A stretch of DNA of 64,000 bases, from assembly GCA_051362555.1 (NCBI GenBank), contig CM120648.1:18906587-18970586 (forward strand). Direction: 5' to 3'. A model generated the notes under the pieces. That model was not told where the DNA came from. It did no database searches and was given only the letters and a program-made list of their open reading frames with translations. Position 1 is the first letter of the stretch. Each line of letters starts with the position of its first letter. A program made the position numbers and the translations under genes. This DNA comes from Lingula anatina (taxonomy: Eukaryota; Animalia; Brachiopoda). Shown in pieces: positions 53,287-64,000 of the stretch.

Positions 53287-53955
53287 GTAAGCAGTTTGAA
53301 ATATCACGTAATGTTGTTGTGAATAGACATTAGGCCCTATGCTATTTTAACATAGAACATGCATTCCGTGTTAATTGGTTCACAGATCTTAACATTTTAA
53401 AAGATCCCTGATTACACAGCATGTAATATCTGAAACCAGATACCATTAGAAAATTTAGGTTTGATTAGTTTTAATTTTCAAAGTAATTTATCTGGAAAAA
53501 AGTATTAAGGATATTTCTGTTTTGTACATATATTTTTGAAAATATTGATTTTTTACACAAACACTAATGACATACAATGTTAGTTATTTCTTATGAATAC
53601 TCAATTGTATATGCAATAGACTAAAAAATGCACAATTAGAAATTAATGGGAAAATTTATATTAATCTACCCTTCTTAAATGAACTAGGTACTTGTTTGTA
53701 ACATTTTTATTAGAAACAAAAGGCAAGATATCGTATTCAGATTTTACTCAAACGTTGTGAATTAGCAACCTGTGATAACAAGTCATTAGAAACATGTCAG
53801 TGAGAGATAAACCCAAAATTAACAATCATTTCGGAATGACACTTGGATTTTGCAAGGAAAAGTACGGCGTATGATAGGACATAAAGTATTTTGATGGGGC
53901 CCTAGAGGCCAAGTACCAATATATAATATATATTAGGCCAATCTTACCATTTTAG

Positions 53956-54005
53956 CAGCCCCAGAGAATCAAGACCGTCGTGCAGCCAAGTGTCCTGAAA
54001 ACGAG
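53956..54005 (+). CDS. COR-caspase linker exon with GC donor
   Basis: TTTTAGCAG (NAGNAG) acceptor; AAPENQDRRAAKCPENE; GAG|GCAAGT donor. It converts phase 1 to the phase 0 required by the next exon. Confidence 0.7.
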
Positions 54006-54327
54006 GCAAGTTATGAGCTTTTAAATACGTTTGTGTCTTAGTACTGCGCAGCAAACACATAACGTTATTATAACGTTACCATATCATATGTCCAAAAACA
54101 TTTTGGTAACATTATAGTAACGTTCTGTGTTTGCTGACCATTATCCTCACTTGCACAAGTTTTAGTAAGACCATGAAATTAAATGTACTCGTATATACAC
54201 AATCGTAAGAAAAATTGGATACACTTAGGCATAAATGCGCACTTTTCACTCTGTTACACTTGCTATACGACCTCCGATATTTCTAATGATAAATTTCACA
54301 TAAAGACAGTGTATGTGTGCGTTTCAG

Positions 54328-54498
54328 TACAAGAACGATTCCGAACCGAGAGGTCGTGCACTCATTATCAACAACAAGACATTTTCCGTGGACTGGCTTC
54401 CAGAACGTGATGGTACCGAGGTAGATGTTGTTGCCTTGAGGAAACTATTCCATTACCTCCATTATGAGACAGACGTTATCAGTAACCTGACCGCAAAT
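54328..54498 (+). CDS. Caspase p20 exon 1
   Basis: YKNDSEPRGRALIINNKTF...ERDGTEVDVVALRKLF..L.Y...SNLTA; phase 0-0. Confidence 0.93.
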
Positions 54499-54819
54499 GT
54501 GAGTTCATTAATAAGATCATGGTGTGTTTGTAATAAAACGAACATCGTAAAAGCCAAATGGCTTTTAGGTTTCAAAGACTAACACACTTTTTGGTGATAT
54601 CTAAATATATTTATCAGTGACACAAAGATGATACAATTGATACTTGAACCTTTTGGTTCAAAACAGGTGTTGTCAAACAAACTTTTCGGTCACATTTTAT
54701 TATGTTTATCTATTTCACTGCAATGTATTTTTCTACCAAAATGAAGCTTTTCACTCGTTTCTGTTCATTGCATGTATTTGTATTTATATGAGAGACATAT
54801 GGTACACTGTATAGTTATA

Positions 54820-55429
54820 CAACATTGGTCAAAAAGGTTGTCCCACCCCTATTTCCATGTACTTCTATTTACAGGTGATCACCTTACAGCTATAAATTGT
54901 TAGAAATAGATCACTGAATTGGAGTGTGCAATGCAAAGGAGAACCAACCCCATAAAAACCTGGGCCAAATCCCCCAAATCTTGTTTAAGAAGAATCGGAC
55001 AATATTCCACAAAGCAGAATTGTAACCCGTGTTGAAGGCTTGTCGCGCCGTCTACAGGAGATAATTGCAGTACGTGGTAGACGCACACGCTGTTAGGCAC
55101 ATGACCTTTAACGAGCATACACTAATGCTAATTGTGTGTGAATTTGGTGACATTTGATGCCGTCTTTTCAATTTTATAGACATTTCTTTACATCTGTAGA
55201 AGTCACAGAGAAACAGTCGATTTGAGGGGGTTCCTCTTATAAATTTTACTAAATGGTATAAAATATGTATATTTTCATCACTATTTTGTATTTTTAAAAC
55301 CATTAATCACGTTAGACACGGTATCCGTAATAAAAAGCACTATTTCTAACAATTTATAGCTGTAAGGTGATCATCTGTAAATAAAAGTACATGGAAATAG
55401 GGGTGGGACAACCTTTTTGACCAATGTTG
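54820..55429 (+). mobile_element. Tc1-like deletion derivative in a caspase intron
   Basis: About 90-bp TIRs starting CAACATTGGTCAAAAAGG, TA TSD. Internal VEGLSRRLQEIIAVRGRRTRC* resembles the Tc1 transposase C-terminus. Confidence 0.85.
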
Positions 55430-55667
55430 TATACAGACAGACATGGCGCACAATCTACAAATATACCACCATATGTCCGTCCTCGGTGGCTACTGCCTTT
55501 CACATTCTCTGTTAGCGTCAAGTATGAATTGATGCTGCCATTTTGCTTTACGCTGTCGTTGATAACCCAATTCCGTATGTACCACGTCTCTGCAGTCATT
55601 GCATGCTATTTCGTTTGAAGTACACTATGTTTTTATGTCACTACTTCTTTTATTTTAATATGTAAAG

Positions 55668-55887
55668 GAAATGAAGGAAGAAATAGAACAAGAAAGTCAA
55701 AGAGACGATCACAAGATCTACGATTCGTTCATCTTGTTTCTACTGAGCCATGGTACCGAGGGTGCTGTTTATGGAACGGATGGCTATCCTTTACCCTTCA
55801 AATATATCAAAGCCATTTTGAATAACAGGAAATGTCTTGGCCTGTCGGGCAAACCGAAAATGATATTTATTCAGGCTTGCCAGGGAA
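55668..55887 (+). CDS. Caspase p20 exon 2 with catalytic dyad
   Basis: FILFLLSHG...VYGTDG...LSGKPKMIFIQACQG; phase 0-1; GTAAGT donor. Confidence 0.96.
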
Positions 55888-56149
55888 GTAAGTTATGGAA
55901 TGTATTACACAAGCTTGAATACCTGTGATGAAAATAACATGCAAAATTATTAAACAAATGTATTGAGATATTAAACTGTATTAACAGTTTGTCTCCTTTA
56001 AATTATATTCAGCCACACGAAACGAATGACGCTTAGTATTATGTAATTGTTTAATTAGTTAATACTGATATCAATTCTAACTTATATGTAAACATGTAAT
56101 CCACATAAGAGTGTATGGGGTATTTCATTTTTTTTCCATATTCACCCAG

Positions 56150-56320
56150 AGAGAAGGGACAGTGGGACACTCCTGGACGGACAAACAGTTCAACAACCAC
56201 AGCAAGCACCACCTGCAGCAAACCTTGGCGATGAGGTACCCGATGCGCCACACGAGATTCCAAAGCCATCCAATGATCCGACGATGTCCGATTTTCTCGA
56301 AGTCCATGTGACTTCACCAG
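56150..56320 (+). CDS. Caspase intersubunit linker and start of p10
   Basis: KRRDSGTLLDG...DEVPDAPHE...PTMSDFLEVHVTSP; phase 1-1. Confidence 0.85.
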
Positions 56321-57401
56321 GTACTTTAACCGTGTTTCTTTGTATGCCATTTTACTTAGGCCTTACAAATGTGTTTTTCATCAGAAAAAAAAATCAAAAT
56401 GATAAGGTGCACGTGGTGATGCTGGGATTATGGCATTTTGCCTCAGGTAGAAGATGGTGTGCATTTTGTGGTCTTTCGACATATTGTGGAGAACTGTATT
56501 GTACGTGTATACTTTAAAATGCGCACTACATTACTGCACCAGTAAATACTGAAAATGGTGCATGTATTTTTATACAGTATCAAATAAAATATATGTGCCA
56601 AATTTAATTAAAATTTACGTACATTTTTGCCATAATGCTTTTAAAAATGCGTTCAAGATCACTACGAAAAACGAAAGTGTGTCGAGACGTTACCTAATTG
56701 TATTTGGGAAGCTGTCAGACGATTTCTTTCGAAAAAAGACTTTGTAGCTTATGCAAATGTTGAGAAAAAAACATGCCGATTATGGAAAATTCAATTATCA
56801 AAATTTAAACTACGTAATTTGACAGATTTTAATTTAATTTAATTTAAAAATCGCTATCGTGTATTTTTGACATTGAATTCTCAGTGTGCACAAAGTGTAG
56901 GCATCGAAGGCATTCATGAATGTCGACACGTTTGATTCTTTGAATCAGACGTGTGGCAGGCATATCAGCAAAACAAAATGCATCGCCAAGGACCCGAATG
57001 CCATGGCAAAATGTTTTAAGTTTACTTTGTTATTTTGATACAAATAAGCTTCCGGTTGACATAGATTTGACTGGTCTCCAACTTTTCATGCTGCACTGTG
57101 CCTGACCGAAAAAAAAAAAACCCTTAAAATGAGTAGTGATTCAGTGTTCCAGTGATGCCTGCGATGGCTAGAAACGTGACCCGTATTATTGGCCTTTTGG
57201 AGATCATTTCAGGTCGGTTCACTGTAACACTATCGGCAAATATACTTTACTAATAGTTCCTCGATCTATGCGATTTATGAAATTTGCTTTTCCGCACTCT
57301 CAGTGAGACTAAGTACTGTTATATTAACAAAATAAAAATAAACAGTACCGTTGCATCTACGAGTAAATAATACATTAAGGCTTCAGTATTTTCTGTTTCA
57401 G

Positions 57402-57511
57402 ATTACGTATCTTGGCGACACACGGGAAAGGGAACATGGTTTGTTCAATCCATTGTCGATACATTTTATCGTGAAGCACACAAATATGACGTTTTACAAA
57501 TGTTGGTGAAT
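57402..57511 (+). CDS. Caspase p10 exon
   Basis: DYVSWRHTGKGTWFVQSIVDTF...DVLQMLVN; phase 1-0; not in the ORF track. Confidence 0.93.
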
Positions 57512-57747
57512 GTAAGTACTGAAATAACATGAACTATATTATTTTACATTGAAAGTGTGTTAAATTCATTAGAACACCAATCAAATATAAAACATAGCTA
57601 CCAGAAGAAGTGACATGTCGTAAGAGGTGACTTATGTAAATACAGTCCAACATGCACAGACTTTTTAAGAACCAGCGAAATGCTTTTCTGTATATTTTGA
57701 CAGTTTAATCAGAACTGTTCACTTCATGTAATATTTTATTTCACCAG

Positions 57748-57850
57748 GTCAATCACGCGATCTCTCAAAAGCAAACAATAGAGGGCAACAAACAGGCACC
57801 AGAGATAGTTACCAGCTTACGAAAGAAAGTTTTCTTCAACATAACTCCAG
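57748..57850 (+). CDS. Caspase p10 final exon, open-ended
   Basis: VNHAISQK...KQAPEIVTSLRKKVFFNITP, then CAG|GTAAGC phase-1 donor instead of a stop codon. Confidence 0.9.
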
Positions 57851-58019
57851 GTAAGCAAAAAGAGTCGCATCTTCCCGAGGTGTATTCGGCCGAATAATAA
57901 AGACTCGAGATCAAAAGTAAGCAAAAACAACGAACCTGGAACGTGTTAAGGTACAAACAATGCTGCCAGTCCTGCTGAAGATCTCATCCTTTTATCAAAT
58001 GTCTCAAATCTGCCACCCA

Positions 58020-60070
58020 GTTGCAGACCCTACCTACAAAATTGTTTCCCAACTTCAATAAATTATTCCCAACTAAAGCTGGAACTTCAAGGTTATGATC
58101 TTCATAAGGTTATTTTTCTCATCAATGTTATTTCTATGTGTTTCTACCTAAATTGCACCACAACTCCTAGCATTCACGCACCTCACATTCATTTATCAGT
58201 ACTTACTCCTCCTGAAGTGATTTGGGACTACATTGAATCAGGTTATCCTTTGGGCGGATTACTGGCACAATTTAGTCTCCTTCTTACAGATTTCAAATAT
58301 TCAATGTTACATGTTGTCCCTAAATCTGATCTTCACAAAACTCGTGTAATTTACGATCTTTTTTTTTATCCCAACCTGGTCTCGGTTGATTCTAACATTC
58401 CAAGAGAGTTCTCTGTGGCACAGTACGACTTCATTGATGCTGTTATCACGCAGGTCCAACATTTTGTTCGTGGTGCTCTTTTAGGTATATCTTATATTCA
58501 AGATGTTTTCCACATTTTACCGATTATCAACTGCGTCCATCCCTTAAAGGCCCAGTGGGTCACCTGTGACCTACACATTTGACACGTCCCCACCCACACC
58601 ACACAAAATGAATCCACTTCATTTTGCCATTTCCTATTCCCTTTGACGTAGTTTATCTTTGTTGACCAATTAGAAGCTAGATCATTATCCTTCACTTCAC
58701 TCAAATATGTCTGCTTCCATAAGAAGGAGTTAATGCTATTGTCTAGAGGGTTTTTATGTGTCTGTATTGTCATCTCAAGGTAAATAATAATTTCAATATT
58801 CTGGCTTTTCATTCTAAATACAATAGTCTTAAACCACACAGAAATGTTTTATACAGTTGTTAGCTAAGCTTCCAGGTTTAATTTTATTTTTTATGTTGTT
58901 ATTGTAATAAAAAGAGGTTTGTGATATCTTGAAACTTAGTCCAGTGTGTCACCGGTGGAACATAACCAAAAACTAGGTCAGTTTTGCCCAAAACATTTTT
59001 TTTCAACATTTATTGATAAATATGCTTATTACAACCCTATTACCTAGGTATTAAACTTTTCATGCAAGAAAAACATGTCTTGGGCCTTTAAGGGTTTTTC
59101 CTGGATAGATCTGTTTTATTATGAGAAATGTTTGCCAATAGGTGCAAGTTGTTCATGCCAGATTTTTTAATCTATGAGTAAAGCTATGCAATGGATTATG
59201 TTGGAGAGATTTCATTATTCGGCCATGTCCCGTATACTAGATGATATCTGTTTCATTGGACCTCAAAATTCCAAGAAGTGTCAGGTTGATTTTTTTTTGT
59301 GTTATGCACATGGATAAACGTTTCCATTAACGCAGTAAAAACCTTTACTCTGACCACTTGTTTAATGTAAACAACCTTTACTCTGACCACTTTTCTTTAT
59401 TTTATCTCATCGAAATAGATTCAATACAAATGAAACCTTGGATAGGCTTTTAGGGTTTAATCTGAAATAAAATTTCAGGCATCGGTCAAACGTGTCTAAT
59501 TTGGTTCAGTTTTGTTGTGGGATATGGTTGATTGGGTGAGTAATGACCCACCCACTTATTGTCCATGTGGTTCAAGTATGGTGATTTTGATGATCAAGGT
59601 AACTGCTTACTCCCTTGTTTCATAAAGTTATCTGCTATTCGAGGTTCTCTGTTCGAACCAGTAATCTCATTGTGCAACCTCAAATTACTCCTAATGTGCC
59701 CCCTAGTCATGCGATTCCCAGATTATAACTTACTTTGATGTGTTTAGGATCTTATTATTTTTTTACTATAAAAAATGATAATTTTCAGTCATATGCACTT
59801 TACCTCATTTGCCTTTGAGCAAAAACAGAGCTGCGTTGTGCTAATGATCATTTGGCTACATAAAACAGCAATTTAGATAATTGTGTTTATGTAGGGAATG
59901 TCTACATCAGTGAGATTTAAGTCATCCAGCTCTTTAGCTGCTTGATATTTACCCACATTGTTACGTAGTGCAGTATAAGCAGCTACACTGGAAGATTACT
60001 TGCTTCATTATTTCATTTTTATTTGGACACATTCCACCTTCCCGCATCACCCGCCTTAGTCCTTTTGTTT
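58020..60070 (+). mobile_element. Decayed DIRS/Ngaro-type retrotransposon (RT remnant) in the caspase-ZU5 intron
   Basis: VVPKSD..KTRVIYDL..PNLVSVDSNIPREFSVAQYDFIDAVI...RGALLGISYIQDVFHILPI (58136-58582) and ILDDICFIGPQNSKKC (about 59230-59280) resemble DIRS/Ngaro RT. Boundaries approximate. Confidence 0.7.
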
Positions 60071-61043
60071 TTCTCTATTTTTTTTCTTTTTTCACTAACC
60101 AGAGTCTCTATTTCTGCGCCAATAACTATAACTTTGTACATATAACCCTCACTGGGGTAGCGCTAACACTCGCCAGTTTAGCCAAATGCTAAAACTTGCT
60201 GAAATTGGCTAAAGAAAAAGGGCTTGATTTGACTTGTTGTAGTCAAATTATAACCATTTTGATAACAATTTGACAAAAAAGTGGTGATTTGCCTAAGAGA
60301 AAAAAAAATAGCTAGCGCTACCCTAGCCTCACCTGCCTTTGTCGCCACCGATGCTGATGCCATGTACTTTAACTCTGAGTGGAAAACCATATACACTTCT
60401 GTCTTTAAAGCTGCAGAACCAACGAAAAAAAAGGCCCAGCTGGCTTGATCAAATTATTCTTTCAAAACTGATGTTTTTTTTTTTTTTTTTACATGTTTTA
60501 AGAGATAATAACTCTTCGTTTTGGCAAAATAAATGAATTTTCCTGGAGTAAACAACACTTTTCCCATACTTACCAATGGTTAATGAATCCATTTTTACAT
60601 TCAAAGTAAGTCCCTGTTTTTTTTTCTAAAAAGTTTGTTTTTTTTGTTAAAATCTCTTAAAAGATTATAACAGAGTACAGCTATCAATGGAAGTCACGTG
60701 ATCTGAAGACAAGCTCAGATATCAGAATAATAGCTTTAACTGCTGTTTTTGTGGTAAAACAGAATAACACATTTCAAGGAAAACTGATAAGTGTACCTAA
60801 AGCACAGATCAAATGACTAAAATGCAGGTTGAGCTTCAAACTTTTGGGTTTGATAGACCTATCATAAATGATGTGCATGGGGACTTTGGATTTAAGTGGA
60901 CCTGGGGATTTGGGCTGTGCCCGGGAGGAGGGATAAATAAATATTTCTACATTTTAATTTCTGCTATCTTCTCCTATACAATTAGAGGGATTGCATTTCA
61001 ATGTTGATAGTCAACCAAACATCAGGGATGCATGTTTTTTTTT

Positions 61044-61076
<33 letters not shown>

Positions 61077-61137
61077 ATCAGGAGAAATATAGTTCTATCA
61101 ATTGATTTGACAATTCTTTTTCAATACTTTGCTATAG

Positions 61138-61823
61138 GAGACAGAGATGACGGTATGTCTCAAGAAGAAAGAATTTTAAAATTACCTGCACCACCCCAGA
61201 CCAGGCACTCTGCCTCACAAGGCAGGGAGGAGATCAGAACAGATGATCTCAAAGATACATTCCTGAGGAAATTCTCCATCACTCCAGAAGGTGGACATGT
61301 TCACCTGAAGGAAGTTGGAGTATTCCTATTAGTGCCTCCAGGAGCTCTGGCTGAAACTACACAAATGTTCATTGGTATTAGTTGGAGAGAAGAAGACATG
61401 CCACCGCTGCCACCGTGTCAGACTAGAGCAAGTCCAGTTGTTGTCTGCGGACCACATGGCCTGACATTCAGAAAACCAGTGTACCTGTCATTTTATCACT
61501 GCATATCAGGCACACGTCAAAGAAAGATGGGAAAGATCTGTCCTGAAAATGTAACTCAGAATTCAAGAATGGACAATCCATTTTACGTATGGCAGTCAGA
61601 AACTCACTTAAATGCCCCTTGTAAGTGGAAAGTATTGAGCAGTGATTCTGCTGTTTTGACAAACAACAAATGTGTCTTAATTGTGAACCAGTTCTGCAAA
61701 CACAGTTTGTCATGTGACAGTAAGCGTCTTTCTGCCTTGGTGTTTGGGTCATTTCAGCCTGGATATGCCCCGTTGCTGCAACTGATGGTGTGCTGTGTCA
61801 ATGACACCCCATATGAAGTTGAG
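61138..61823 (+). CDS. ZU5 domain exon plus start of UPA-like region
   Basis: ITPEGGHVHLKEVGVFLLVPPGAL...SPVVVCGPHGLTFRKPVYLSFYHC matches the ZU5 pattern; phase 1-0; GAG|GTGAGG donor. Confidence 0.9.
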
Positions 61824-62158
61824 GTGAGGCTTATTCTTCAAGCAGGTCTCTTTCTTTGTAAATGTTTGGACAATTCCTCACATACTGACATAATTTCAAT
61901 GTAATAGCTGATTGTTAAAACTTTGTAAATTGTAATTAGTTACTTCGTTAAGTATTCTTAATTTATGCCAATTCTTTTAAATTGAAATATGCATTCTTTT
62001 TCAATTGAGCATTTTCGGGACAGCCCAACATGTCATATGTTTTCATATCTTTTGTGCTTATTTGTGGAGATTGGTTTTCGCTCCTTATCTTTTGATACCC
62101 CTGAAATGCTTGTATGTTGCTGCTGAATGGTAAATATTTTTTGTTGTAAATGTTGTAG

Positions 62159-62335
62159 AATGTGACAACTAAAACTAAGGAATCCCATGAAATGAAGATG
62201 TTAGCTTTGGAAAAGAAGTTTGAAATCTTGACGTGTAATCACAGTATAAGTGAAGGAAACGAGTCCTATGATGTCATCCTTTGGTTAGACGGGTTCGGGA
62301 CAAAGTGGAACATGCATGAAGATTGCCCTAAAAAG
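62159..62335 (+). CDS. UPA-like exon
   Basis: Open phase 0-0 exon NVTTKTKESHEMKMLALEKKFEIL...WNMHEDCPKK with AG/GT boundaries. Confidence 0.65.
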
Positions 62336-62525
62336 GTTTGATTTTTTTTTTTTTTTCAATATTGTGTAACAAAGATATGTATACTATAATAAGAAGGCTA
62401 TTTTAGGCATAAAGAGCATGTACTGTGATGATCATTGCTGATTGGTGTGAAAATATCAGTTTCTTAGATAATGATAGAGAGAGTGATCGATAGAATAAGT
62501 TTAAAAATACCGTTTTGCATTTTAG

Positions 62526-62714
62526 GTTATTAAGTATGTGAAATTGTTGAAAAACTACCCAGAATATATCACATATGCCCTGAGCCCTAAAATGGTAGAC
62601 AGAATTGATGTGTTTGTCTGCAAGATACACATCAAGCAGGAAATAGCCGAGGCTCAGGACATGAAAATTAAAGACCTGACATCCACTGAGTTTAACATCC
62701 ACTGGAAGTTACCG
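62526..62714 (+). CDS. UPA-like exon
   Basis: VIKYVKLLKNYPEYITYAL...FVCKIHIKQ...HWKLP; TTTTAG acceptor and CCG|GTAAGT donor; phase 0-0, no stop codon. Confidence 0.7.
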
Positions 62715-63450
62715 GTAAGTCAGTAGGCAGAGACATGCTGAAACTATTGGTCCGTTCGGTCATGACACCATGCACCATATGGTATGGAATGCTTGACATT
62801 GACCTGTTATAATGCATCTTGTATGATTTATATACCATAGTTTGTTCAAAGACTCATCTTCCTAGATACATGTATGTTTTAAATATCACCAGTTTTTGAC
62901 TGATTTCTTTTTCCTTTTTCAACTGACCTTTCATAATACTACAGGGTTGCCAGTTAGTTCGGAAAATAAAATTCCCAGACTCTTTACTGTTCGAGATTTT
63001 TTTTTTTATTTGCTGCCTAATACCACCTAATTTTCCTGGCTCCACCTCACCAACAACCATCCAATTCATCCATAATTGTTTTTTTTTTTCATCAAACCAA
63101 CTTTTATTATGTTACGCGTGCGCCATTACCTCCATCTCTTTTCATACACATGCCCCGAGTCCAAGCTTATGACCTATTTTAATGGTACATATTTTAAATC
63201 CTGATGTTGCCAAATAGACCTTTGAGTGGAGACCTGGCACATTGAGATTCAAGTCCTGCTCTCAAAACAATTGACTGGCCTTGGTATTATGATAATAGGT
63301 CTGCATATCAGGTTTTTCATGAATTTATGGCAACATTGTGAAATTTTTTTCTCATCTGGTGTTTTCATTGTGTGGATATAAACACTCATGGACCTGAAGC
63401 TTTATGCTAGTTACATATTCCAAATCTCCATGTTATAATTACCTACTGAG

Positions 63451-63821
63451 CAGTGTTTGCCACTTATACCCCCTTTACACTGGACGGCGTCCTTTCTGCG
63501 ACCATGAAATTTGGCATCGCTGTGGTCTTAATAAGGAGGCAGGAGTATTGGTTTTGTATCAGAATGACTGCTCAATGATCGACCAGTTGTCAGCACGTAA
63601 AGTGTTATAATTTTTTAACTCTCAAATGGGGCTGAACTGCTGGATGCAGATAGGACGCCGTCCATTGTAAAGGGGGCTTTAGGAAAATAAGTTGGTGGAC
63701 CGAAAGCTCAGCCATCTTGAAAATTAGCTGGATGGAATGCCTGCCGGGTGGGAAAACTCCTCTGCTCATTCTAAAAGTTGTCTGCCCCGGGCAGACGGTC
63801 CAGCCTTAATTTCTAACACTG
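63451..63821. mobile_element. hAT MITE (8-bp TSD) containing a Harbinger-like MITE
   Basis: CAGTGTT...AACACTG with TSD CTACTGAG. The inner element 63467-63678 has TIR CCCCCTTTACACTGGACGGCGTCCT and TTA flanks. Confidence 0.8.
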
Positions 63822-63932
63822 CTACTGAGCATAATTAAACTTTGGTTTTGCTGTTGTTGCTTAAAAAAATCTATTGATTTCTCCTTTTTGTTTGCACATT
63901 TGACAGCAACCTTTTCATTTCTCTTCTTTAAG

Positions 63933-64000
63933 AGAAGGCAAGGAAGTCTTTCTGGCCCTTGCAGAAATGCAGAGGAGGATCACTTCAGCAATATCCCTGT
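63933..64000 (+). CDS. Probable next exon, truncated by the window end
   Basis: Pyrimidine tract plus TAAG, then open RRQGSLSGPCRNAEEDHFSNIP. An alternative acceptor at 63906 is also open in another frame. Confidence 0.35.

Noticed and set aside
61032-61137. Hydrophobic poly-Phe N-terminus of the ZU5 ORF as a signal peptide or TM segment
   Set aside because: It derives from an intronic poly-T tract upstream of the acceptor at 61137.

Overview
This is AT-rich, intron-containing, transposon-dense animal DNA, not prokaryotic. It is probably from a marine invertebrate: the NHL repeat resembles TRIM2/3-like NHL expansions I recall from lophotrochozoans such as the brachiopod Lingula, which I cannot verify here. 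The main signal is one + strand multi-exon gene that I assembled by hand from splice sites and codon phases. It runs NHL beta-propeller exon (25884-26817) -> ~18 kb intron -> Roc GTPase -> COR -> complete caspase (SHG/QACQG, p20+p10) -> ZU5 -> UPA-like, and continues past the window end. Seventeen exons (4824 nt, 1608 codons) join with consistent phase; one junction needs a GC-AG intron. The Roc-to-ZU5 chain is well supported, while the NHL-to-Roc join is inferred. This architecture suggests a single-chain sensor/GTPase-switch/caspase protein. The rest of the window is mostly decayed or non-autonomous mobile DNA: two inverted copies of a 6-6.7 kb TIR element with 3-bp TSDs, hAT-, Harbinger-, piggyBac-, Tc1- and CACTA-like elements, Helentron-type elements carrying a 146-bp satellite, Gypsy LTR/gag remnants and a DIRS/Ngaro RT remnant. 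A four-level transposon nest fills the NHL-Roc intron.
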